A stretch of 40,000 nucleotides of DNA from an uncultured Solibacteraceae bacterium (GCA_963836405.1 CAWIJL010000019.1:121379-161378), one strand, 5' to 3'; positions 1-11,458 are shown, numbered from the stretch's first letter. The notes: generated by a model not told the origin, from the sequence alone. Translations and numbers: made by a program.

Positions 1-2099
1 GCGCGCTGGGCCAGGTCGGCCGCCCATCGGATGCCGGCGGCGGACTGGGTCCTCGCGAAACCGCGGAACTCACCAACGCCATTCAGCGCTTCTTCCTCGA
101 GAACTCCCGGCTGGGAATCCCCGTCATTTTTCACGAGGAGTGCCTGCACGGCCAGGCCGCCCCGGGCGCCACCAGCTTCCCGCAGCCCATCGCGCTCGGC
201 GCAAGCTTCGACCCCGCGCTGGTCGAAAATCTGTTTACGATGACCGCGCTCGAAGCCCGGCTGCGCGGCACGCATCAGGCGCTCACCCCCGTGGTGGACG
301 TGGCCCGCGATGCGCGCTGGGGCCGCGTCGAAGAAACCTACGGCGAGGACCCGTACCTCGTATCGCGCATGGGCATCGCCGCCGTGCGCGGCTTCCAGGG
401 AGACGCCTCGTTTCGCGACAAAACGCGCGTCATCGCCACGCTGAAACATTTCGCCGCCCATGGACAGCCGGAGTCGGGAATCAACTGCGCTCCGGCGAAT
501 GTCTCCGAGCGGCTGCTGCGCGAGACGTTCCTGTTTCCGTTCCGGGAAGCGCTCGACCGGGGCGGCGCTATCAGCGTCATGGCTTCGTACAACGAGATCG
601 ACGGCGTTCCCTCGCATGCCAGCCGCTGGCTGCTGCGCGACGTCCTGCGCAAAGAGTGGGGGTTTCGCGGCTTCGTCGTCTCCGACTATTACGCCATCTG
701 GGAGTTGAGCCACCGTCCCGACACGCACGGGCACCACGTCGCCAAAGACAAGAAAGAGGCCTGCGCGCTCGCCGTCCGTGCCGGCGTCAACATCGAGTTG
801 CCCGAGCCCGATTGCTACCTGCACCTCGCCGAACTGGTCCGCAAAGGCGTGCTCCGCGAATCGGAGCTCGACGAACTGGTGGCGCCGATGCTCGAATGGA
901 AGTTCCGCCTGGGCCTGTTTGACGATCCCTACGTGGATCCGGACGAAGCTGCGCGCGTGGTGGGCTGCGATGCGCATCGCGGCCTCGCCCTTCAGGCCGC
1001 GCGCGAATCCATCGTCCTGCTCAAAAACGAGGGCGACCTGCTGCCGCTGGACGCTGGAAAGATTCGTTCCATCGCGGTCATCGGGCCGAATGCCGCTCGC
1101 GGCCTGCTGGGCGGGTATAGCAGCGTTCCCAGGCAGGAAATCACGGTCCTTGACGGCATTCGCGCGCGCGCCGGCAGCGCGGTGAAGGTGCTGCACAGCC
1201 AAGGATGCGGGATCACGATCGGGGGATCCTGGAACCAGGACGAAGTGGTCCCGAGCGATCCGGAAGAAGACCGCCGTCAGATCGAGGAAGCCGTGAAGGT
1301 GGCGCGCAAGGCGGATGTCGTCGTGCTGGCAATCGGCGGCAACGAACAGACGTCGCGCGAAGGCTGGTCCACGAAACACCTCGGCGACCGCGCGCGCCTC
1401 GAACTTGTGGGCCGGCAGCAGGAACTGGTGGACGCCATGGTAGCCACCGGCAAGCCGGTGATCGCACTGCTGTTCAACGGGCGGCCGCTCGCCGTCGGTC
1501 CGCTGAGCGAAACCGTGCCCGCCATCCTCGAGTGCTTCTATCTCGGCCAGGAGACCGGACGCGCCGTCGCCGATGTGCTCTTCGGCGACTTCAACCCTGG
1601 CGGGAAATTGCCCATCACCATCCCCCGTTCCGCCGGACACCTGCCGGCGTTCTACAACTACAAACCTTCCGCGCGCCGCGGCTACCTGTTCGACGACGTG
1701 ACGCCGCTCTATCCTTTCGGATACGGGCTGAGTTACACCACCTTCGAAATTTCTGACGTGCGCCTGGAAAAGCAGCGCATTCGAAAGGACGGCGCCACCC
1801 GGGTGCTGGCCGGCGTGCGCAACACGGGCGCGCGAGCGGGCAGTGAAGTGGTCCAGATGTACATCCGCGATGTAGTCGGTTCGGTCACGCGGCCCGTCCG
1901 CGAATTGAAGGGCTTCGAACGGGTGTGGCTCGAGCCCGGCGAATCGCGGACCGTGGCGTTTCCTGTCGCCGCGGAGCATCTCGCTTTCTGGGACGTGAAC
2001 ATGAAATTCGTAGTGGAGCCGGGGGACTTCGAAATTATGGTCGGGAACTCCTCGCGAACCGCCGACTTACAAACCGTTTTACTGCGGGTGACCGGATGA
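1..2099 (+). CDS. Glycoside hydrolase family 3 beta-glucosidase/beta-xylosidase-type enzyme; 5' end lies outside the window
   Basis: Frame 3 is open from base 3 (..LGIPVIFHEECLHGQAAPGATSFPQPIALGASFDP..) and runs into ORF 240..2099. GH3-type motifs are present: RDARWGRVEETYGEDPYL, KHFAAHG, GFRGFVVSDY. Stop TGA at 2097-2099. Confidence 0.9.
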   Translation, partial: ALGQVGRPSDAGGGLGPRETAELTNAIQRFFLENSRLGIPVIFHEECLHGQAAPGATSFPQPIALGASFDPALVENLFTMTALEARLRGTHQALTPVVDVARDARWGRVEETYGEDPYLVSRMGIAAVRGFQGDASFRDKTRVIATLKHFAAHGQPESGINCAPANVSERLLRETFLFPFREALDRGGAISVMASYNEIDGVPSHASRWLLRDVLRKEWGFRGFVVSDYYAIWELSHRPDTHGHHVAKDKKEACALAVRAGVNIELPEPDCYLHLAELVRKGVLRESELDELVAPMLEWKFRLGLFDDPYVDPDEAARVVGCDAHRGLALQAARESIVLLKNEGDLLPLDAGKIRSIAVIGPNAARGLLGGYSSVPRQEITVLDGIRARAGSAVKVLHSQGCGITIGGSWNQDEVVPSDPEEDRRQIEEAVKVARKADVVVLAIGGNEQTSREGWSTKHLGDRARLELVGRQQELVDAMVATGKPVIALLFNGRPLAVGPLSETVPAILECFYLGQETGRAVADVLFGDFNPGGKLPITIPRSAGHLPAFYNYKPSARRGYLFDDVTPLYPFGYGLSYTTFEISDVRLEKQRIRKDGATRVLAGVRNTGARAGSEVVQMYIRDVVGSVTRPVRELKGFERVWLEPGESRTVAFPVAAEHLAFWDVNMKFVVEPGDFEIMVGNSSRTADLQTVLLRVTG

Positions 2100-3451
2100 G
2101 TTACATCGAGAAGCTGTCCGTCAAAGAGAAGATCGGCTATGGCCTCGGTGACGCAGCCGCCAACTTCGTCTTCCAGACGATGGTGGTGTTCCAGCTCAGC
2201 TTCTACACCGATACCTTCGGCATCACCGCCGCCGCGGCTGGCACCCTTCTGCTGGTGGCCCGTTTTTTCGACGCTATCTTCGACCCCATCATGGGAATCG
2301 TCGCCGACCGCACCAATACCCGCTGGGGCAAGTTCCGTCCCTGGGTGCTGTGGACCGCCGTTCCCTTCGGCGTGATGGGCTTCGTCGCCTTTCTGACTCC
2401 GGATTTCTCTCCGGGCGGCAAGCTGGCATACGCCTATGTCACTTACATTCTCCTGATGATGGTGTACTCGGCCAATAACCTGCCTTACTCGGCCTTGAGC
2501 GGCGTACTTACCGGAGATATCGGCGAACGGACCAGCCTCTCGTCCTACCGCTTTGTCTGCGCCATGACCGCCGCGTTCATCATACAGGGGCTGGCCCTGC
2601 CGATGGTGAAGTACTTCGGGCAGGGCAACGATGCCAAGGGCTACCAGTGGACGATGGGCATCTTCGGCGCCCTCTGCGTCGTGCTGTTCCTCATCACCTT
2701 CGCGACCACGAAGGAGCGCATCGGGCCGGACCCGGCGCAGCAGTCCAGCATCGCGCAGGATTTCGCGGACCTGGTGCGCAACGGCCCGTGGATCAACCTG
2801 TTCATCCTCACCATCCTCGTCTTCGTCACCCTTTCCATGCGGGGCGGTGTGATGCTCTACTACTGGCGCTACTACATGCAGCGCGAGGACCTGTTCAGCC
2901 TGTTCAACGTCCTCGGACTCGGCTCCACCATCGTAGGCATTCTGTTTTCGAAGCCGCTCGCCATGCGCTTCGGCAAGAAGAACGTATTTATTGTGGGACT
3001 GTCGTTCACCACCATCTTCATGGCCGCCTTCGTTTTCCTGCCGCGCGGCGCGGTGGTGGCCGCGTTCGCCCTCGACATGCTTCGCCAGTTCGCCTACGGC
3101 CCCACCATCCCGCTGCTCTGGGCCATGATGGCCGACGTGGCCGACTACGGCGAATGGAAGACCGGGCGGCGCGCCACCGCCATCGTCTTTTCCGCCATCG
3201 TCTTCGGCCTGAAGGCCGGGCTGGGCTTCGGCGGGGCCATCGGCGGCTGGCTGCTGTCGCTCTACGGCTACGTCCCCAACGCGGCGCAAACCGTCGAGTC
3301 GCTCGAGGGCATTCGGCTCACGTCCAGCCTGTTCCCGTCCGTGCCCTTCATCCTCGGTGTGATCTGCCTCTTTTTTTACGGAATCGACAAGAAACTGAAT
3401 ATCCGGATTACCAAAGAACTGGCCGCGCGCCGCGAGAAATTCGCGCGCTGA
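2096..3451 (+). CDS. Glycoside-pentoside-hexuronide (GPH) family sugar:cation symporter (MelB/XynT-like)
   Basis: MSYIEKLSVKEKIGYGLGDAAANFVFQ.., FDPIMGIVADRTNTRWGKFRPW. Polytopic hydrophobic profile. ATG 2096 overlaps the GH3 stop (ATGA). The upstream part of ORF 1925..3451 is out-of-frame overlap with GH3. Confidence 0.85.
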   Translation: MSYIEKLSVKEKIGYGLGDAAANFVFQTMVVFQLSFYTDTFGITAAAAGTLLLVARFFDAIFDPIMGIVADRTNTRWGKFRPWVLWTAVPFGVMGFVAFLTPDFSPGGKLAYAYVTYILLMMVYSANNLPYSALSGVLTGDIGERTSLSSYRFVCAMTAAFIIQGLALPMVKYFGQGNDAKGYQWTMGIFGALCVVLFLITFATTKERIGPDPAQQSSIAQDFADLVRNGPWINLFILTILVFVTLSMRGGVMLYYWRYYMQREDLFSLFNVLGLGSTIVGILFSKPLAMRFGKKNVFIVGLSFTTIFMAAFVFLPRGAVVAAFALDMLRQFAYGPTIPLLWAMMADVADYGEWKTGRRATAIVFSAIVFGLKAGLGFGGAIGGWLLSLYGYVPNAAQTVESLEGIRLTSSLFPSVPFILGVICLFFYGIDKKLNIRITKELAARREKFAR

Positions 3452-3467
3452 AGAAAGGAACCTTCGA

Positions 3468-4577
3468 ATGCGAAGCAACGGAGTAGTAGCGGGCCTGCTG
3501 CTGGGGGGCATGGCGGGCGGGGCGTTTGCCCAGCCCACTCTCAAGGACGCCTTTCAGGGCATGTTCCGCATCGGCGCGGCGCTCAACCAGGCGCAGTATT
3601 CCGAGCGCGATGCCCGCGGCGCCGCCCTGGTGAAAGCCCAATTCAACGCCATCTCACCCGAGAACGACCTCAAGTGGGAGCGCGTCCACCCGGCCCTCGA
3701 CACTTACAATTTCGGACCGGCCGACCAGTATGTCGCCTTCGGCGAAAAGAACGGAATGTTCATCGTGGGCCACTGCCTTGTCTGGCACAGCCAGGTGCCG
3801 CAGTGGGTTTTTCGCGACGCCCAGGGCGCCCCCGTGGACCGCGAAACCCTGCTCAAGCGCATGCGCGACCACATCCTGACCGTCGTCAGGCGCTACAAGG
3901 GGCGCATCAACGGCTGGGACGTGGTCAACGAAGCCCTCAACGAAGACGGCACGCTGCGCCAGTCTCCCTGGTTCCGCATCGTCGGCGAGGACTACATCGC
4001 CAAAGCCTTCGAATACGCGCACGAAGCCGACCCTGAAGCCGAGCTGTACTATAACGATTACTCGCTCGAAAATCCGGCCAAGCGCAATGGCGCCGTCGAA
4101 CTGGTCCGCAAGCTGAAGGCGCAAGGGCTCACCGTCACCGCCATCGGCACGCAGAGCCACGACAAGTTGCGCGCCCCCACCGCCGAGCAGCACGACGCCA
4201 CCATCACGGCGTTCGCGGCGCTCGGCGTGAAGGTGGCGGTCACCGAGCTCGATGTGGACGTGCTGCCGGCAGTCAACCGGCAGCAGACCGCCGACATATC
4301 GCAAACTGCCGAGGCCCGGGCGGACGCGAACCCCTACACCCAAGGCCTGCCCGATGAGGTGCAGCAGGAGCTGGCGCGGCGCTACGCGGACGTGTTCGCC
4401 GTTTTCGTCAAACACAAGGACGCGATCTCGCGCGTCACCTTCTGGGGTGTCACGGACCGCGATTCCTGGCTCAACAACTTCCCCGTGCGCGGGCGGACCA
4501 ACTACCCGCTCCTGTTCGACCGCGAGGGAAAACCGAAACCGGCATTCGACGCGGTCATCCGCGCGGCCAAGCCGTGA
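3468..4577 (+). CDS. Secreted GH10 endo-1,4-beta-xylanase
   Basis: N-terminal signal-like MRSNGVVAGLLLGGMAGGAFAQ. GH10 catalytic motifs WDVVNEA (acid/base) and VTELDVD (nucleophile). SD-like AAAGGAA lies upstream of the ATG. Confidence 0.9.
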   Translation: MRSNGVVAGLLLGGMAGGAFAQPTLKDAFQGMFRIGAALNQAQYSERDARGAALVKAQFNAISPENDLKWERVHPALDTYNFGPADQYVAFGEKNGMFIVGHCLVWHSQVPQWVFRDAQGAPVDRETLLKRMRDHILTVVRRYKGRINGWDVVNEALNEDGTLRQSPWFRIVGEDYIAKAFEYAHEADPEAELYYNDYSLENPAKRNGAVELVRKLKAQGLTVTAIGTQSHDKLRAPTAEQHDATITAFAALGVKVAVTELDVDVLPAVNRQQTADISQTAEARADANPYTQGLPDEVQQELARRYADVFAVFVKHKDAISRVTFWGVTDRDSWLNNFPVRGRTNYPLLFDREGKPKPAFDAVIRAAKP

Positions 4578-4688
4578 AACTCTCCGCGTCGGCAAGCGCT
4601 TCCGCAATACGTGTCCGAACTTCTGAAACGACGTGGGAAGCCCCGCTCCTGTTCGACCGCGAGGGAAAACCGAAACCGGCATTCGACG
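4505..4688. repeat. 47-bp perfect direct repeat (4505-4551 and 4642-4688) duplicating the 3' coding end of the GH10 gene
   Basis: cccgctcctgttcgaccgcgagggaaaaccgaaaccggcattcgacg occurs twice, 137 bp apart. Copy 1 encodes PLLFDREGKPKPAFD at the xylanase C-terminus. Copy 2 encodes the same peptide in ORF 4574..4918. Confidence 0.95.
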
Positions 4689-4957
4689 ACGTCCAGCGAA
4701 CCACTAACCCGCCGGAGGGAATTGTGGTGCAGATCGGGAATGCAGACCCGCCGATCATGGTATTGCTCCCTGGCCAGGAATCGTTGGTCACCCTGAAACG
4801 TAAGGTTGGAGAACTGAAGTCTGGGTCCTGCTTGCTCGGCTATCACCGGTCCGAAAGAGACGGCCAAACACACGAAAACCTCTTCTGGCGTCCCTTTATC
4901 GTGTCCAGGGCAAGCTGATAGTTCCCGGCTGTGACATAGGATTAGCTGTTTTCGATT

Positions 4958-5329
4958 TCAACGGCGATGGTGTGTTCGACCGACTGGATTCCCGCCAGGC
5001 AACGACGATCCGGCAGCTACCCGCGCCAGCGATTCCTTTCGCGCCGGCAGGCTGTAGTAATGCGTGTAAGGCAGCGACCAGGCCGGCAGCACCGTGATGG
5101 TCTTGCGGCAGCGCCGGCACCGCCCGCGACGCACCCGGATCCGGGTGTGAATCTCGTCGTGTGCCTGTTTACTGCGCCGGCCGTGACCCACGACGCAGGC
5201 TTGGCCACAGTTTGGGCAGTGGCGCGGCAGCCATTCCTCCGCCTTGAAATCCGCCGGTTCGGGGTTGCTCGGCGGCCCAGTTCGTGGGATAAATACGATC
5301 ATCGGGCGCAAAGGCCCGCACCGAGTCAC
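4958..5329 (-). CDS. Small Cys-rich zinc-ribbon protein resembling the N-terminal domain of some IS transposases (DUF6431-like); probable mobile-element remnant
   Basis: ..EEWLPRHCPNCGQACVVGHGRRSKQ..IRVRRGRCRRCRKTITVLPAWSLPYTHY, a CxxC...CxxC pattern followed by TxTVLP. No catalytic transposase domain follows it. It sits in a visibly AT-richer patch. The true start may be ATG at 5302. Family assignment is from memory, not from a search. Confidence 0.4.
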   Translation of the reverse strand: MTRCGPLRPMIVFIPRTGPPSNPEPADFKAEEWLPRHCPNCGQACVVGHGRRSKQAHDEIHTRIRVRRGRCRRCRKTITVLPAWSLPYTHYYSLPARKESLARVAAGSSLPGGNPVGRTHHRR

Positions 5330-5624
5330 CCGCCAAGGTTATTGCTCGGCCCCGGGCCTTTGCACCTTATATCAGAAGCTACTGAAAGAAAAAGACATCG
5401 CCTGCGGCAAGCCGGCACTTCAAGATTGGCTGGTTTTCGTTCACAAATTTTCCAAAAATATTTTTCCCGTGTTTTCAGTGCTCTTCCCGCCCTACCCCAC
5501 TTCAGCCCTCCGAACCCCTGCTACCGTGTAGCTGAGATTTCGCGCCGCGCCTCACCAGCGCCGGCCGCAACACGTTTTTCTGCCGGGCCCGGTAGCGTTG
5601 CATCTTCGGTGAAACTGAACTTCC

Positions 5625-5915
5625 CGTAGGAGCCGTAAACTCCTAACGGCCTCTACCCAGTGGGATGGGGGCCGGCGGGGAGATCTTGGGTTCGAACCCA
5701 TAACTTCTGGTGGATTGCGGATAGCGCCTATTGCCGTGCCATCGGAAATCAGAGAGGCCGTCTCGAAACGGCAACGATATGCCCGCTTGAATGGGCGGGC
5801 CTAGATCATCGTAGAGACTCCTCGATTCACTGGCGGCCGGAAACGGACGGCGAACACCCGCACCCCCGGCCGCCGCAACGCACCCCGACCTCGCGGCCGT
5901 AGTGTCTCTCGCCGC
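5625..5915. ncRNA. Candidate structured non-coding RNA or element end (family and strand unknown)
   Basis: About 290 nt with no credible ORF and many perfect helices. 5625-5633/5641-5650: 9 bp with one bulge. 5688-5701: 14-nt palindrome TGGGTTCGAACCCA. 5758-5762/5769-5773. 5782-5787/5796-5801. 5833-5841/5867-5875: 9 bp GGCGGCCGG/CCGGCCGCC. 5814-5819/5905-5910: a long-range pairing that encloses the 9-bp helix. Confidence 0.2.
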
Positions 5916-5924
5916 GCCCAAACA

Positions 5925-5953
5925 AAAAAAGCGGCCCGAAGGCCGCCCTTTTC
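5925..5953 (-). terminator. Rho-independent terminator of the TonB-like gene, possibly bidirectional
   Basis: Stem GCGGCC/GGCCGC (5932-5937/5942-5947) with loop CGAA. A7 on the + strand (5925-5931) gives a U7 tail on the minus strand, 30 nt after the stop at 5979. CCTTTT follows on the + strand. Confidence 0.7.
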
Positions 5954-5978
5954 ACACAATTTTCGAATTGTTCGTTTC

Positions 5979-6977
5979 TTACAGAAGTCTGAAGTTGACT
6001 TCGATGGTTGCCGCCACGGTCACCGGCTTTCCGTCCTTGTAGCCCGGCTTGAACTTCCACTTGCGAACGGCCTCGATGGCCTTCTCGTCAAGGCCGAGAC
6101 CGAGGCTGCGAGCCACCCGGATGTTGGAGGCGCGGCCGCTCGGGTCCACTTCGATGTACAGCAACACCGTTCCCTGGTATTTGGCCTTGCGGGCTTCTTC
6201 CGAATATTCCGGCTCGATCTTGGAAAGCAGCGCCGGAGCGGTCACGCCGCCGCCGACTTTATAAACGCCGCCACCCACACCGCCGCCTTCACCCGGACCG
6301 AAACCTCCGCCCTTGCCCGAACCCACGCCGCCGCCGGATCCCGAGCCAATGCCCGCGCCGGACCCCGTGCCGTTCGAAGCAGGACCCAGTTTCGCCAGCG
6401 GGTCTCCGTATTGCGCCATGTTCACCTGCGGCAGGTTCACGTCGGGCGGGGCGATAATGGTCGGCTCCATCGTCAGCCGCGGGTTCGGATTGTTGATCAC
6501 CGCCATGGGAGGCGTGAACTGCTTCAGCGAAACCTTGGGGAGTCTGCCCTTGCTGGCCGGGAGCGGAGACCGGTCGCCGCCACCACCGCCGCCGCCCATC
6601 GCCTGCTTCTTGGGCGCCATCTTGGGTTGGTAAGGCGCAATGTCCGGCGGCATGACCAGCGAAACCGCGTTCTTGACCTGGTCCTGAACTACCTTCGTCG
6701 AGAAGACGGTGAAAAGCAGAACCACGATCCCCACCTGGAATCCGGTGGACATCATGAACGACTTCTTCTGTCTGCCGTACAGTCCCCAGATTTCTTTCAC
6801 CGCGACAGGTTTGGATGTGACCTGTAATGGCGGCAATTTCGGTGGGTTAAAGTACTCTTTGACGTTCTGGATGAAAGAGCTATACCACGGCTCCTCCACC
6901 TCGGAAACCAGCAGGCGCGACAAATGATCGTCCGCGTTGGGGAAAAACGGGTTGTTGGGTTGCGACAGGTCAGCCAT
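5979..6977 (-). CDS. TonB-family energy transducer, orphan, with a Gly-rich linker
   Basis: C-terminal TonB domain: ..LLSKIEPEYSEEARKAKYQGTVLLYIEVDPSGRASNIRVARSLGLGLDEKAIEAVRKWKFKPGYKDGKPV... One TM helix (FQVGIVVLLFTVFS). Linker is GGGGGGDRSP...GTGSGAGIGSGSGGGVGSGKGGGFGPGEGGGVGGG. Confidence 0.8.
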   Translation of the reverse strand: MADLSQPNNPFFPNADDHLSRLLVSEVEEPWYSSFIQNVKEYFNPPKLPPLQVTSKPVAVKEIWGLYGRQKKSFMMSTGFQVGIVVLLFTVFSTKVVQDQVKNAVSLVMPPDIAPYQPKMAPKKQAMGGGGGGGDRSPLPASKGRLPKVSLKQFTPPMAVINNPNPRLTMEPTIIAPPDVNLPQVNMAQYGDPLAKLGPASNGTGSGAGIGSGSGGGVGSGKGGGFGPGEGGGVGGGVYKVGGGVTAPALLSKIEPEYSEEARKAKYQGTVLLYIEVDPSGRASNIRVARSLGLGLDEKAIEAVRKWKFKPGYKDGKPVTVAATIEVNFRLL

Positions 6978-7200
6978 TTTTAATTCACCAGTTCTCCCGA
7001 AGAGAACCGCTGTCCACAGCTATTGGACGCCGATGCCTACCAAGCCGTTACAGCTTTTGGTAAAACCTTACCCAGGGATCTCATCGATAGTGTAACACAG
7101 GTCCAGTATAAGCCTCTTGTAAAAACAACGACATAGCTAGCAGAATCGGCTGCCCGCGAGGACTTCTACAAGATTTGGTATTTTTAACCAGTGAATCGGT

Positions 7201-7229
7201 TTGCGCGGCCGGGCGCCGTTTTGCACAAT
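7201..7229 (+). promoter_or_regulatory. Putative sigma70-type promoter of pepA, leaderless configuration
   Basis: TTGCGC (7201-7206), 17 nt, then CACAAT (7224-7229). ATG 7237 is only 7 nt after the -10 and has no SD. Confidence 0.3.
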
Positions 7230-7236
7230 CAAACTG

Positions 7237-8685
7237 ATGCAAGTCTCCATCCAAACGATTCCCGCTGAGCAGGCAAAAGGCGACGCCCTGCTCATTCCCG
7301 TCTTCGAGGGCATTCCCGACCCGCGTTTTCCGCGCGAACTCTTCGATTCCGGCGAAGTGTCCGGAAAAACGTCCGAAATGACACTTCTGCACCACCCCGC
7401 GGGAATGGCGGCCGACCGCGTCCTGCTGGGCGGCGCCGGAAAAGCCGAGCGTTTCGATGCCGCCGCGCTGCGCAAACTCGCAGGCGCCGCGGCGCGCTTC
7501 CTCAAAGCCAAATCGATTAAGAACATCGCCATCGCTCTCGACGCCGAGCACAGCTTGCCGGATTTCGCCGCCGCTGCCGTGGAAGGCGTCCTGCTCGGCA
7601 ATTTCGACCCCGACCGCTACCGCACCGGCGACGACAAGAAGTCCATCGATTCGCTGCTGCTCGCCGCGGCCGGCGGGGCGAGCCTGGACACGGCCGTGGA
7701 GCGGGGCCGCATCCTCGGAGAAGCGCAGAATTTCACCCGCAACCTGGTGAACGAACCCGCCAACCGGCTCACCCCCATGGGTATCGCCGATGCCGCCAGG
7801 AAGATGGCGGCTGAGCAAGGCCTCGAGTGCGAAGTGCTCGACCGCGAACGGATGGCCGAACTCGGCATGGGTGCGCTGCTCGGCGTCGCCCAGGGCAGCG
7901 CGGAACCTCCCGCCATGGTCGTGCTTCGCTATCGCCCCTGGCGTGATGGAAGCAGCGCCCACCTCGGCCTTGTCGGCAAAGGCGTCACCTTCGATACCGG
8001 CGGCATTTCGATCAAACCGGCCGACGGCATGGAAAAGATGAAGTACGATATGGCCGGCGGCGCTTCCATGCTGGGCGCTATGATGGCCATCGCCCGCCTC
8101 AAGCCCGCGATTCCCGTTACCGCCTTCGTCCCCTGCGTCGAAAACATGCCCGGAAGCCGCGCCCAGCGGCCCGGCGATATCGTCACCGCCCTCTCCGGCA
8201 AGACTATCGAGGTCATCAATACCGACGCCGAGGGGCGGCTGATTCTGGCCGACGCGCTCGCCTACGCGCGCCGCCAGGGCTGCACCCACCTGGTGGATGC
8301 CGCCACCTTGACCGGCGCCATCGTGGTCGCGCTCGGGCACCTCAACGTAGGCTTGTTCGCGAGCAACGACGACATGCGCGATCGCGTCCAAAACGCCGCC
8401 CGCGCCGAAGGCGAACGCATGTGGGCCATGCCGCTCGAAGACGATTATAAGGATTACCTCAAGAGCGCCTTCGCGGACCTGGCCAATGTAGGCGGCCGCT
8501 GGGGCGGCGCGGTCACCGCGGCCATGTTCCTGAAGGAATTCGCCGGGGATACGCCCTGGGTGCACCTCGACATCGCCGGCACTGCCTGGCTCGACGACGA
8601 GAAGCCCCACATGGCCAAAGGCCCCTCCGGCGTCACCGTCCGCACCCTGGTGCGCCTGGCGGAGACGTGGAATCCGGCCGAATAA
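7237..8685 (+). CDS. pepA: Leucyl aminopeptidase (M17 family)
   Basis: M17 signature VINTDAEGRLILADAL, plus GKGVTFDTGGISIKP and KYDMAGGA. The ATG at 7237 (MQVSIQTIPAE..) is preferred over TTG at 7201. Confidence 0.9.
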   Translation: MQVSIQTIPAEQAKGDALLIPVFEGIPDPRFPRELFDSGEVSGKTSEMTLLHHPAGMAADRVLLGGAGKAERFDAAALRKLAGAAARFLKAKSIKNIAIALDAEHSLPDFAAAAVEGVLLGNFDPDRYRTGDDKKSIDSLLLAAAGGASLDTAVERGRILGEAQNFTRNLVNEPANRLTPMGIADAARKMAAEQGLECEVLDRERMAELGMGALLGVAQGSAEPPAMVVLRYRPWRDGSSAHLGLVGKGVTFDTGGISIKPADGMEKMKYDMAGGASMLGAMMAIARLKPAIPVTAFVPCVENMPGSRAQRPGDIVTALSGKTIEVINTDAEGRLILADALAYARRQGCTHLVDAATLTGAIVVALGHLNVGLFASNDDMRDRVQNAARAEGERMWAMPLEDDYKDYLKSAFADLANVGGRWGGAVTAAMFLKEFAGDTPWVHLDIAGTAWLDDEKPHMAKGPSGVTVRTLVRLAETWNPAE

Positions 8686-8715
8686 AATCGGACTCCCGCA
8701 ACTATAATCAATTTA

Positions 8716-11367
<2,652 letters not shown>

Positions 11368-11421
11368 ATCCGCCATTCGGGGGCATTCATCGGCGGATTC
11401 CCGGTGTTCGTCGGCACGCCG

Positions 11422-11452
11422 TTGAACACCCGCGGGTTGGAGCGGGTACACT
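11422..11452 (+). promoter_or_regulatory. Putative promoter of the ABC efflux operon, leaderless configuration
   Basis: TTGAAC (11422-11427), 19 nt, then TACACT (11447-11452). ATG 11459 is 6 nt after the -10 and has no SD. Confidence 0.3.
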
Positions 11453-11458
11453 TGTCCT

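Noticed and set aside
4574-4918. ORF 4574..4918 (114 aa) as a real gene overlapping the xylanase stop.
   Set aside because: Its only meaningful segment is the duplicated xylanase peptide PLLFDREGKPKPAFD. The rest has no recognisable features, and it spans the duplication junction, so it is more likely a by-product of the rearrangement.
5661-5720. A tRNA or tmRNA-like element, suggested by GGGTTCGAACCC, a nearby GGGGGCCGG / CCGGCCCCCA and a CCACCA on the minus strand.
   Set aside because: The GGG/CCC stem leaves a 6-nt loop. Forcing a 7-nt T-loop gives only two base pairs. The putative acceptor strand is about 20 nt away from the T-arm. There is no complementary 5' acceptor, no tag-ORF ending in hydrophobic residues, and the CCACCA is not preceded by a T-arm. 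No RNase P (GGAAAGTCCGG), SRP or common riboswitch core motifs were seen either.
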